From the NCBI GenBank assembly GCA_004212155.1, contig RXIG01000017.1, forward strand, positions 1-24,015: a stretch of 24,015 bases of DNA, written 5' to 3'. Below, piece by piece: positions 7,502 through 16,271 of the stretch. The position numbers were made by a program, and so were the translations under genes. This DNA is from an archaeon. GTDB taxonomy: Archaea > Methanobacteriota_B > Thermococci > Methanofastidiosales > NM3. The notes under the pieces are model-generated. The model did not search any database. It was given only the letters and a program-made list of their open reading frames with translations, and was not told the origin of the DNA. Numbering within the stretch: position 1 is the stretch's first letter; each line of letters opens with the position of its first letter.

Positions 7502-9106
7502 TTACTCCTTCCTTGCTTTTTTCTGCCTGTACTCCTCAAAGTAATCCTTGATGGCAAGGCCGATGACGATGCCGACAAGGCTGTAGAGCGCGCCCATCAA
7601 TCCTCCGACGAACGCAGTGCCAATCACGGACGAGATAATGTCCATCTTCGCACCCGTCAACCAGTAGTAGAGGCCAACACCGCTTCCGATGAGCAACGCT
7701 CCGAAGAATCCTGCGATGTATCCTGCAAATGCGCCTACGAGCCCGCCGCCCGTTCGTGCACACTGCCATGATGCGATGCCCGTAGCGCCCATGGCCACGA
7801 TGACAGATAGCGTGCTGAATCCTCTAAATCCTCCGAGGACAAACGAGACGAAAAGCCCGCCGAGGAGGCCTACGAAAAATTCCAAGAACTCCCTGTTTTT
7901 TACCATGGAGTACAAAAATCCCTTATTCTTGTAGAAAAGTCCGCCCAAGACCAGGACCTCGCCGATGACCAGGAGCAGTAATGCGGCCCAATACGTGCGC
8001 GACCCCATCAAAACTGACGTATCCTCCTCGAAGAAAACGAACGAATCCTTGAGAGTCATCATCGTCATTGTCGCCCCGTAATTGATGTCAAATCCCCGAA
8101 CTTCCCCCTCGAACGAGTGCTTCCAGTCGGGCACTGACCTGTTCAATCGCTCCATGTAGAAATAACCATCGCGCGTATATCCAAAGAGTTCGCCCCAAAA
8201 CGAGATGGCCGTCTTATCTACGCCTTCGAGATGTTTGAGCTGAGTGCCTGCCTTGTCAAAGATGTAGAGTGTGCCCTTGGAATCTTGAACAACGCTTGTG
8301 GAACCGCTAGAGCGCACTATCGTAGATTCAACGGAGGCCTCAAGGGTCTTCATCCATGCCATGCGCTCTTGTTTGATGTCGTATAGGTAGACAGACCCGT
8401 CTGCAGTGCCCACTATTGCGTATTGTGCAAAGGGTGATACCGATACAGATGTCACAGTGGAATCGCAGTGGCACTGCCATGAAATGGAGCCCTCGAACGT
8501 TTTGAACACATAGAAGGTTCCATCCTCTGTGCCCACGGCGATGATATCGGCGTAATGGGATATGCGGGCCGACGTGATCAAAGAAGGAAACGTATGCGTC
8601 CATAACGGGTCTGTGGATGCATCGCTATAGACATGGAGCGTGTCGGACGTGAATGTGGCAAAGCGAGTGGTATAGCCGGTCTTGCCCAGCGATACCAATC
8701 CTATCACGTCGACGGGTTCATCATAGGAGATAGTGTAATACTGCTTCAGCTCAGGCCCTGCGCCGTAAGCAAAAAGATACACGTTATTTTCAGCATCGCG
8801 TGCCAAAAATCGTTTGAGGTTGTTTGATATGAAGACCTCGCGTACGGGTGCTGCCAGGGAATAGCTCTGCGAAGCTCGAGGGCTCTTATAGTAAGAAAAA
8901 TAAACGGTCGGACCGATACCATAGAAGAAGGCGTTGCCGCCGTCTGTAAGGTCGCTCGCTAGTATGTCGCCTTCCACATCGTTTGTCCAATCGGGGGCAT
9001 TGGTATGCACTGTTGAATTGAATATATAAGAGGCGAAGATGACATCGATGGCAAGAAATACCATGATTAAAACGATGCCAACCGATGTGATCTTCCTTCG
9101 TTCCAT
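7502..9106 (-). CDS. Membrane protein with WD40/PQQ-like beta-propeller and about 5 C-terminal TMs
   Basis: Repeated blades (IIAVGTEDGTFYVF, YAIVGTADGSVYLYD, VVQDSKGTLYIFD), an N-terminal TM and Gly-rich C-terminal TM helices. Confidence 0.8.
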   Translation of the reverse strand: MERRKITSVGIVLIMVFLAIDVIFASYIFNSTVHTNAPDWTNDVEGDILASDLTDGGNAFFYGIGPTVYFSYYKSPRASQSYSLAAPVREVFISNNLKRFLARDAENNVYLFAYGAGPELKQYYTISYDEPVDVIGLVSLGKTGYTTRFATFTSDTLHVYSDASTDPLWTHTFPSLITSARISHYADIIAVGTEDGTFYVFKTFEGSISWQCHCDSTVTSVSVSPFAQYAIVGTADGSVYLYDIKQERMAWMKTLEASVESTIVRSSGSTSVVQDSKGTLYIFDKAGTQLKHLEGVDKTAISFWGELFGYTRDGYFYMERLNRSVPDWKHSFEGEVRGFDINYGATMTMMTLKDSFVFFEEDTSVLMGSRTYWAALLLLVIGEVLVLGGLFYKNKGFLYSMVKNREFLEFFVGLLGGLFVSFVLGGFRGFSTLSVIVAMGATGIASWQCARTGGGLVGAFAGYIAGFFGALLIGSGVGLYYWLTGAKMDIISSVIGTAFVGGLMGALYSLVGIVIGLAIKDYFEEYRQKKARKE

Positions 9107-9124
9107 TGCATCAATCCTGATGGG

Positions 9125-9766
9125 TTATAGGTTCTCTACATCCGTTTCTACACCCACATACCGCTCAAGGGCAATGGGCGGAACTGAGAAGCTTCCATCG
9201 TCCTCGACGATTATCATCATCTCGGTACGCCAGACGTTGTTACGTAATACCGAGATTGCACGAATCGTTTTATAGACGGTTTCCGTGCTCGTGATGATGG
9301 GAGGTATGTTGGGATTTATGATACGGAGGTGTTCCACCGTGATCTGAAGTTCGATTGTTGAGACGGCAGCAGTGTACTGCAGCTCGTCGTATTCGTAATC
9401 TTCAAACAGTTGTTGGCGCCATTCGTCAATATCAGCCTGGGTCGCCTTCGTCGTTTCCAGGGCCTCAATGAATGGAATGACCTTTTCTTCAAGAGCCACT
9501 TCATCTTCCAACGGCTCGGAGGTTATGTGATTGCCGATCTTATAACCTGTGGGAGGTCTGTAACGTACATTTCCTTCCTGATATGTAAAGATAAGTGTAC
9601 ATTCTGTCTCCATGAGCAAGTTGAGTGATGAACTATCAGATAGCCATCTATTGTCCCTCAAAAACTCGTCTTGGGTAGGCAATGAATAGTAGTATCCACT
9701 CGCAATTGCTATCACTGCGACAACAAAGATGATTCCAGCCCTCTTCAATGTAATCTCCATCTTCAT
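9125..9766 (-). CDS. Hypothetical protein with N-terminal signal or TM anchor
   Basis: 213-aa ORF with KRAGIIFVVAVIAIASGYYY, starting 5 bp after the oppF stop. The true start may be ATG 9760, given the AGGTGG spacing. Confidence 0.7.
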   Translation of the reverse strand: MKMEITLKRAGIIFVVAVIAIASGYYYSLPTQDEFLRDNRWLSDSSSLNLLMETECTLIFTYQEGNVRYRPPTGYKIGNHITSEPLEDEVALEEKVIPFIEALETTKATQADIDEWRQQLFEDYEYDELQYTAAVSTIELQITVEHLRIINPNIPPIITSTETVYKTIRAISVLRNNVWRTEMMIIVEDDGSFSVPPIALERYVGVETDVENL

Positions 9767-9771
9767 ACCAC

Positions 9772-10773
9772 CTAATCATCATAGATCCAGCAAGCGACCT
9801 TATGACCCTTGCTAACTTCTTTGAGCCTTGGACACTCATTTTTGCATTTGTATTCATCAACGAGCTCTGGACATCTCGTATGGAATCTGCACCCTTTCGG
9901 CGGAGAAACCGCATTTGGCAGAGTGCCCTTGAGAATGATGCGTCTCTTATGCGCCTCAAATTCCGGATCGGGCACGGGAAGCGCCGAAAGAAGCGCCTTG
10001 GTATACGGGTGAAGCGGTTCATTGAATACATTTTCGGAATCGCCATGTTCAACGATCTCGCCAAGATATTGAACGGCTATCTCATCAGACATATGGTGCA
10101 CCACACCGAGGTCATGTGATATGAAAAGATATGCCATGCTCTTTTTCTCCTGCAGTTCCTTGAGCAGGTTCAAGACTTGTGCCTGCACCGACACGTCGAC
10201 GGCCGAGGTAGGTTCATCGAGCACGACAAGGTCGGGGTCGGAAGCAAGAGCTCGTGCGATGCCAATACGTTGCCGCTGGCCGCCAGAGAACTCATGGGGG
10301 TACCTGTTGAGATGTTCCGGTTTGAGACCCACCTCGTCGAGGAGGTCAATGACCATGTTTTCACGCTCTTTCCTCCCGCGTGCAAGCTTGAGTATGTCAA
10401 GCGGCTCTCCAACGATGTTTTTCACAGGCCATCGGGGATTGAGCGATGAATGTGGGTCCTGGAACACCATTTGCACCGTACGTCGTATCTGTTTGAGCTC
10501 ATCATCATTTGCGTTGACAACGTCAAGGGTGGTGTTCTCGTCGGGATGTAGTAGGATCTTTCCGGAATCTGGTTTATAGAGCGTGACAAGGGTCTTGCCA
10601 AGCGTCGTCTTTCCGCACCCTGATTCGCCGACCACACCGAGTGTCCTTTTGCGTTGCAACGTGAATGAGACATTGTCAACGGCACGGAGATAATACGTTT
10701 TCCTCCGTACGAGCCCTCTGGTGAACGTGAAATATTTCTTGAGGTTCTCGACTTCAAGCAGTGGGTCGTTCAT
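9772..10773 (-). CDS. oppF: Oligo/dipeptide ABC transporter ATP-binding subunit (OppF/DppF)
   Basis: GESGCGKT, FQDP, FSGGQRQR, VVLDEPTS, HPYT, GCRFHTRC. Start at ATG 10773 (ATGA overlap with the oppD stop, GGAGG SD). Confidence 0.95.
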   Translation of the reverse strand: MNDPLLEVENLKKYFTFTRGLVRRKTYYLRAVDNVSFTLQRKRTLGVVGESGCGKTTLGKTLVTLYKPDSGKILLHPDENTTLDVVNANDDELKQIRRTVQMVFQDPHSSLNPRWPVKNIVGEPLDILKLARGRKERENMVIDLLDEVGLKPEHLNRYPHEFSGGQRQRIGIARALASDPDLVVLDEPTSAVDVSVQAQVLNLLKELQEKKSMAYLFISHDLGVVHHMSDEIAVQYLGEIVEHGDSENVFNEPLHPYTKALLSALPVPDPEFEAHKRRIILKGTLPNAVSPPKGCRFHTRCPELVDEYKCKNECPRLKEVSKGHKVACWIYDD

Positions 10774-11819
10774 TCGCATTCCTCCTTTTCCAGGTCTTTT
10801 ATGACCTCGTCGACATTCCAGCACTCAACGAAGTGGTCAGGCTCTACCTCCTCCATGGAGGGGATCTTCTCCTTGCAGATATCTGTTGCATAGGGGCAAC
10901 GTGGATGGAATCTGCATCCGCTTGGAGGCCGTATAAGGTTCGGGACCGTGCCGGCGATGAAGCTGAGCGTGTCCTTTTTCTCGGTGATCTTCGGAACAGC
11001 GGCTATGAGCCCCTGGGTATACGGATGAAGCGGCCTTTTGAACATCGTATATTTGTCAGCTATCTCGACAACGCGGCCGGCGTACATGACACCGATGCGG
11101 TCGCTTACTTCCGCAACGATGCCAAGGTTATGGGTAATAAGTACGAGAGAGGTGTTGAACTCCTCCTTCATCTCCCTTAGCAGCTCCAACACGCGAGCCT
11201 GGATGGTAACATCGAGGGCAGTAGTCGGCTCGTCAGCAAAGATGAGCGCAGGTTCTGCAGCGAGTGATATAACGATGACGATACGCTGTCTCTGGCCGCC
11301 TGATAGCTGGTGGGGATATTTGCGGAAGATGTCCTCGGCAGGAGTGAGCTCCACGTCCTCGAGAAGTTGGAGTGCCTCCTTTTTCGCCTGCTTGTCTGAC
11401 AATTTTTTATGGAGTTGAAGCACTTCCATGATCTGGTCGCCCACCGTGTATACCGGATTGAGCGATGTCATGGGGTCCTGCGTGATGAGCGACATGCTAA
11501 ATCCGCGCATGCGCAACGCTTGCTTGGAAGTGAGCTTGAGGATATCAAACGGACCCTCCTTCTTTATTCCTATGCGCTTTTTCGATTCCGCATCGTGAAA
11601 CAAGACCTCTCCACGCAGCGTCTTCCCGGATACGGGTAAAAGACGCAATATGGAAAGGGATGTGACGCTCTTTCCGCACCCGGTCTCGCCCACTAAGGCA
11701 AACGTCTCTCCCTTGTAGACCGCAAAGTTAACACCCTCGAGTGCCTTGACGACACCATCCTCCGTATAGAAGCGCGTCACCAAGTCTTTGACTTCCATCA
11801 ATATCTCTTTGTCTGCCAT
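10770..11819 (-). CDS. oppD: Oligo/dipeptide ABC transporter ATP-binding subunit (OppD/DppD)
   Basis: GETGCGKS, QDPMTSLNP, LSGGQRQR, ADEPTTALD, HPYT, GCRFHPRC. ATG 11819 with AGGTG SD. Confidence 0.95.
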   Translation of the reverse strand: MADKEILMEVKDLVTRFYTEDGVVKALEGVNFAVYKGETFALVGETGCGKSVTSLSILRLLPVSGKTLRGEVLFHDAESKKRIGIKKEGPFDILKLTSKQALRMRGFSMSLITQDPMTSLNPVYTVGDQIMEVLQLHKKLSDKQAKKEALQLLEDVELTPAEDIFRKYPHQLSGGQRQRIVIVISLAAEPALIFADEPTTALDVTIQARVLELLREMKEEFNTSLVLITHNLGIVAEVSDRIGVMYAGRVVEIADKYTMFKRPLHPYTQGLIAAVPKITEKKDTLSFIAGTVPNLIRPPSGCRFHPRCPYATDICKEKIPSMEEVEPDHFVECWNVDEVIKDLEKEECE

Positions 11820-11828
11820 TGTGAACAC

Positions 11829-12986
11829 CTATAGTTTAAGTCGCGGGTCGATAGCGTCACGTATTCCATCACCGAGCGTAGTGAATCCCAGGATCGTCAA
11901 GAACAACGCCATGCCAGGGAAGACGGCAAGATAGATATATTTCCCTTGGGTCACAAACGAATTGCCCTCAGAGAGAAGTCTCCCCCATGAAGGCGTAGTG
12001 ATGTCAGCTCCGAACCCGAGGAACGAAAGCCCAGCCTCAGTGAGGATGACGCCGGCTATACCTATGGTCAGGACGACGATCACGGGACCAAGCGTGTTGA
12101 TGGCGATATGCCTGAACAGTATCGACGTCCGAGAGGCACCGACTACCTTTGCGGCAGCGACATAGTCCCTCTCCTTAATGGAGAGCACCTGTCCACGCAC
12201 CTGCCTGAAGACGCCTGGCCAGCCAAAGATAGAGAGTGCCAAAAACACCATGAGCAGATGCGCATCCAGTCCTACGGACTTGCCAAAATCTATAATCTGT
12301 TCGTTCAGGCTAGGATTGGCCCTGAGCGCACCCACAAGCACGATCACGAGCACGAGGAACGGGAAGCTCATGATCACGTCGGTGAAATAGTTGATGATCT
12401 TGTCGATGAATCCGCCGTAATAGCCCGATATGACGCCAAGCGTTATGCCTATGACCGCAACGACAAGTTCCACGCCAATGCCTAGCGAGAGCGATATCTG
12501 TGAACCGTAGCATATGAGCGAGAACAAGTCCTCGCCACTCGACACGGTACCGAAGGGATGCTCAAGAGACGGCGGCAGGAGTGCGAAATCCTTCCACGCT
12601 GATGAGTACGTCTTGGGATATATGGCTATCTCCGGTGCGAATATCGCTAAAACGATAAGCGAGAGCACGATGAACATGCCAAATGTCGCCAACTTGTTGC
12701 GGTATAATCGATGCAGGAACCTATCGATGGGATCGCGCTCACCAGGGTAATTGATGGCCTTCCATCGCTTATAGAACGTTTCGAGGAAGATATACCAAGC
12801 AAGCACATACACTCCCACCACGACGAGACGGTAACCCCAGTGTGGTATCATATCCCGGGATATGAGAAACAGCCTCACAAGTATCAATGCCACTGCAATG
12901 AGGGCCATTTGCATGTAGAGCCTTCGCGTCTTTTGCTTCTTCTCCATCTCCATTTCTCTGAAGTCTTTACTCTGCATATGGTTCAC
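11829..12986 (-). CDS. oppC: Oligo/dipeptide ABC permease (OppC/DppC) with N-terminal extension
   Basis: PPSLEHPFGT, EAA-loop region ERDYVAAAKVVGAS, EAGLSFLGFG, PSWG, LGDGIRDAIDP. Confidence 0.93.
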   Translation of the reverse strand: MNHMQSKDFREMEMEKKQKTRRLYMQMALIAVALILVRLFLISRDMIPHWGYRLVVVGVYVLAWYIFLETFYKRWKAINYPGERDPIDRFLHRLYRNKLATFGMFIVLSLIVLAIFAPEIAIYPKTYSSAWKDFALLPPSLEHPFGTVSSGEDLFSLICYGSQISLSLGIGVELVVAVIGITLGVISGYYGGFIDKIINYFTDVIMSFPFLVLVIVLVGALRANPSLNEQIIDFGKSVGLDAHLLMVFLALSIFGWPGVFRQVRGQVLSIKERDYVAAAKVVGASRTSILFRHIAINTLGPVIVVLTIGIAGVILTEAGLSFLGFGADITTPSWGRLLSEGNSFVTQGKYIYLAVFPGMALFLTILGFTTLGDGIRDAIDPRLKL

Positions 12987-13957
12987 CTCAAGCTCACACG
13001 TGGATCGATCTTGGCATAGAGCAGGTCAACGATAAGGTTGATGAGCACTACCCCACCGGTATATATGAGAGTCAGTGCGATAACGACAGGATAGTCGCGA
13101 TAGTTTATGGCGTCGATATAGAGTTTCCCTATGCCGTTGATACCAAACACGGTCTCGGTAAGGACTGCACCGCCCACAAGGAGCAAGAACTGCAATCCCA
13201 CGTTCGTGACAACGGGGATCAATGCATTTCGAAGAGCATGTTTGAGCACGACTGTGCGCTCGGAAAGCCCCTTTGCCCGAGCAAGCGTGATATAGTCCTC
13301 CCTGATGATCTCAAGCATCGAAGACCGCGTCAAACGTGTGTTGGACGCCAGCATGCCTGTCCCGACCGTCAATATCGGAAGGATATAATCTTTCAGACTT
13401 GCGAAGAATCCTATCGGGGTCCAATAATACCCATATTCCACCTCGGGAACAGGATTTACCCATCCAAGGCGCACGGCCACTATGGCGATAAGCATCATTC
13501 CCAGCCAGAAGTTCGGAAGCGACACACCGATCTGCGATATCAACACGGCGATGTTATCGATTATCGAATTCTGTTTATATGCCGCCGCAACACCAAGTGG
13601 TATCGACACGGCCACTGCGAAGATGATTGACCATAACCCGTAATACGCTGTTACGGGGAAGCGATACCGTATTAATTCTATCACGTCCCGCGGATAATAA
13701 CGAAATGACTTTCCCATCTCTCCTTGTATGAATAATTGGAGATATGACACATATTGCACATACCTGGGTTCGTCAAGTCCCCATTGCTGCCTGATGAGTT
13801 CAACAGCCTCCTCGCTGCCGTGTTGGCCAAGCGAGACACGTGCTGGATCACCAGGTAACATGAATGTAAGGAAAAAAGTGATAGTATAGACACCAATCAA
13901 GACCAGAACTGCAATAGCTAGTTTCTTTGCAATGTATTCCCTCAACCCTATCACCAC
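12983..13957 (-). CDS. oppB: Oligo/dipeptide ABC permease (OppB/DppB)
   Basis: LPGDPA, SLPNFWLG, DYITLARAKGL, HALRNALIP, TETVF, RDYP, DLLYAKIDPR. Confidence 0.95.
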   Translation of the reverse strand: MVIGLREYIAKKLAIAVLVLIGVYTITFFLTFMLPGDPARVSLGQHGSEEAVELIRQQWGLDEPRYVQYVSYLQLFIQGEMGKSFRYYPRDVIELIRYRFPVTAYYGLWSIIFAVAVSIPLGVAAAYKQNSIIDNIAVLISQIGVSLPNFWLGMMLIAIVAVRLGWVNPVPEVEYGYYWTPIGFFASLKDYILPILTVGTGMLASNTRLTRSSMLEIIREDYITLARAKGLSERTVVLKHALRNALIPVVTNVGLQFLLLVGGAVLTETVFGINGIGKLYIDAINYRDYPVVIALTLIYTGGVVLINLIVDLLYAKIDPRVSLR

Positions 13958-14081
13958 GCTATAACTCCTTTATTAAGAATGAGAGTTTAAAAAATAATCG
14001 TACCTTTCAGTCAATATACACTAGTCAATAATAATACTGCTTAAAAACATATTGGTGTGTAAAATTCCGCCTGAAGCTAAG

Positions 14082-14112
14082 GAAAAAAAGAATAAAAAAA
14101 GAAAGGAGGAGG
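14082..14112 (-). terminator. Oligo-T terminator after oppA (partial termination likely)
   Basis: Minus strand reads CCTCCTCCTTTCTTTTTTTATTCTTTTTTTCC directly after the oppA stop. Confidence 0.6.
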
Positions 14113-14114
14113 TA

Positions 14115-15938
14115 TTACCTCTCTTCCTCGTCGATCCACAATCCAAGCTGCTTCTCGATGTGGCTACCCATTGCACCTGCCTTGTATCCGTGGACCCACG
14201 TCTGGAGTGCGGAGGTCGCACGTGAATGGAAGAACCACCAGTGCGGACAGTCTTCCTGGAGTTGCTTTTCGATGTTGTATGCAATCTCGCGTCGCTCAGC
14301 GGTGTTGGGGTTGGTCCTGAGTTCCTGTATCCATTCATCGACCTGCTCGTTGCTGTACCTTGAACTGTTGGGGTCTGGTATGCCCTTACTCTCGAACAGG
14401 ATGTAGAAGTTCTCAGGATCTGGGTAGTCAGCGATCCATCCAAGCGTCAGCAGCGTGTAATCGCCCTGATCCGCCATCTGGAGGATCGTGCCGAAGTCAT
14501 ACTGCTGGTATGTGGCCTCGATGCCGAGTTCCTCGAGATTGTCGAGCCAGACCTTTGCCGCCTCGGCCCAGGTGGTCGAAACGTATGAGGAAAGCTCGAT
14601 CTTGAGTTCCCGACCCTCGTACTCGCGGATGCCGTCGTTGTTGGTGTCGACTATGCCCGCATCATCAAGGATCTGTTTCGCCTTGGCAGCGTCGTAATTG
14701 AACTCGTATTCATCGTAGAGCTCTTCGGAGAAGCCGAACATGCCTGGTGGCAGTGCGCCGTGCGCAGCCCTGTACCTGCCCTTGAAGATCGTGTTGATAA
14801 CGCTTTCGCGCTCCATGCCACATGTGACCGCTTGCCTTAGTGCCAAGCTGTCAAATGGCCACGATTCGCAGTTGAAGTACATCCAGTAGGTAGCGAGTTC
14901 CGAGTATGTCAGAAGCTGGTCTGCGTAGTTCTCGTTGAACTCCTCCCAGTAGGAAGCGGGTACGCCAGTGATGTCGATCTGACCGGCCTTCCATGCCTGC
15001 ACGATGGTGTCGTCGTTCTCGGTGAAGCGGTACCTGTACTCGTCAAGGTACGGGCGACCGGCCCAGTAATCCTCGTTCGCTTCGAGCGTAAGGTGGTCAC
15101 CTGAGACGTACTCCTTGAGCATCCATGCACCTGAGCCGACTGGGAAGTCGAGCCAGTTCTTCTCAACGCCCTCTTCAGCCGTCTCTCCAACGACCTCAGA
15201 CGAGGATACGTAGTCCTCTGGCAACACCTTGAAGCAGGTGTATGTCATAAGCGTCAAGAAGGGTGCAAAAGGCGTCTTGAGCGTGACCTGGAAGGTGTAG
15301 TCATCCACAGCTTCGTACGATTCCACATAATCCGTGAGGAAGTTGATACGTGCGCTTGCGTAGGCAGGATTTCCCAATCTGTCCCATGAGAAGACGATGT
15401 CATCAGCGGTGAGTGCCTCACCGTTGGTGAACTTGAGGCCTTCCCTGAGATAGAAAGTGTAGACCTTGCCTTCTTCGTCCGCCTCCCATGCCTTGGCGAT
15501 GCAGGGCATTGGGTCGGTGGTACCGGGCACGTACTGCACTAGTCCATCAAAGATCTTGGAAACTACAGAGTCGGAAGCTGTATCGGTAACATCAATAGGA
15601 TCGAAGTCTGAAATTTCAGCTGTCATCGTACGGAAGGCTCCACCGGTCCGTGCAGCGAAATCAACGTCGTTGTCGTCCCTTCCCAGGTACTGGTCGTAGG
15701 GATACATGACACCGTCGCCATCGAAGTCGGTGTTCTCGAAGTACGACATCCAGTCTGCGTCCATGTCCGCTGGCAACTCATTGTAGACTGTTGGCGCGGG
15801 TGTAGTCGGCGCCGCAGTGGTGGTTGGTGGTGGGGTGGTCGTTTCCTCCTCACCGCCGCCAATGCAGGCGGACATGGAAACCGCGACCAATGTCACGATC
15901 AAAAACAAAGCTCCCAATTTTTTCCAATTTTTGTTCAT
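14115..15938 (-). CDS. oppA: Peptide ABC transporter substrate-binding lipoprotein (SBP family 5, OppA/DppA)
   Basis: Lipobox SACIGG, Pro/Thr linker, IFDGLV, YTFYLREGLKFTNGEALTADDIVFSW, PVGSGAW, GWIADYPDP. GGAGGT SD at 15948-15953. Confidence 0.95.
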   Translation of the reverse strand: MNKNWKKLGALFLIVTLVAVSMSACIGGGEEETTTPPPTTTAAPTTPAPTVYNELPADMDADWMSYFENTDFDGDGVMYPYDQYLGRDDNDVDFAARTGGAFRTMTAEISDFDPIDVTDTASDSVVSKIFDGLVQYVPGTTDPMPCIAKAWEADEEGKVYTFYLREGLKFTNGEALTADDIVFSWDRLGNPAYASARINFLTDYVESYEAVDDYTFQVTLKTPFAPFLTLMTYTCFKVLPEDYVSSSEVVGETAEEGVEKNWLDFPVGSGAWMLKEYVSGDHLTLEANEDYWAGRPYLDEYRYRFTENDDTIVQAWKAGQIDITGVPASYWEEFNENYADQLLTYSELATYWMYFNCESWPFDSLALRQAVTCGMERESVINTIFKGRYRAAHGALPPGMFGFSEELYDEYEFNYDAAKAKQILDDAGIVDTNNDGIREYEGRELKIELSSYVSTTWAEAAKVWLDNLEELGIEATYQQYDFGTILQMADQGDYTLLTLGWIADYPDPENFYILFESKGIPDPNSSRYSNEQVDEWIQELRTNPNTAERREIAYNIEKQLQEDCPHWWFFHSRATSALQTWVHGYKAGAMGSHIEKQLGLWIDEEER

Positions 15939-16050
15939 TTCCTTTATACCTCCTATATCTTCGCTCAGAGAGCGAATAGAAACATGTTTTTCTGAACTAT
16001 TGCTATAGATGTCCTAAATCTATAGTAGAGGCATAAAAAAATAGGACAAA

Positions 16051-16070
16051 TTTATATAAATATCTTTCGG
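16051..16070 (-). promoter_or_regulatory. BRE-TATA promoter of the opp operon
   Basis: Minus strand reads CCGAAAGATA-TTTATATAAA within a very AT-rich intergenic region. Confidence 0.65.
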
Positions 16071-16243
16071 TAAATAGGATAAATATAAGTATATATTTGT
16101 TTTAAGTGCGATAAATATACGTATTTTACTAATTTTTAGTAATTATAAGTCTATTCAATGATAAAAAATCAAATAATGTAAAATATGATTTTTATAATGA
16201 GAAAAAAAATATTATTTAACACCTATTAGGATGTATAATTCTC

Positions 16244-16271
16244 AAAAAAAGGGGAACATTCTCCCCTTTTT
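16244..16271 (-). terminator. Hairpin plus U-tract terminator after the CBS gene
   Basis: AAAAAGGGGA-ACATTC-TCCCCTTTTT inverted repeat at 16246-16271. On the minus strand the stem ends in a T7 run. Confidence 0.7.

Noticed and set aside
4613-15938. Peptide-pheromone signalling circuit (Eep-like S2P plus Opp import)
   Set aside because: No peptide-binding regulator or precursor is seen, and the genes sit in separate transcription units. Co-location alone is not evidence.
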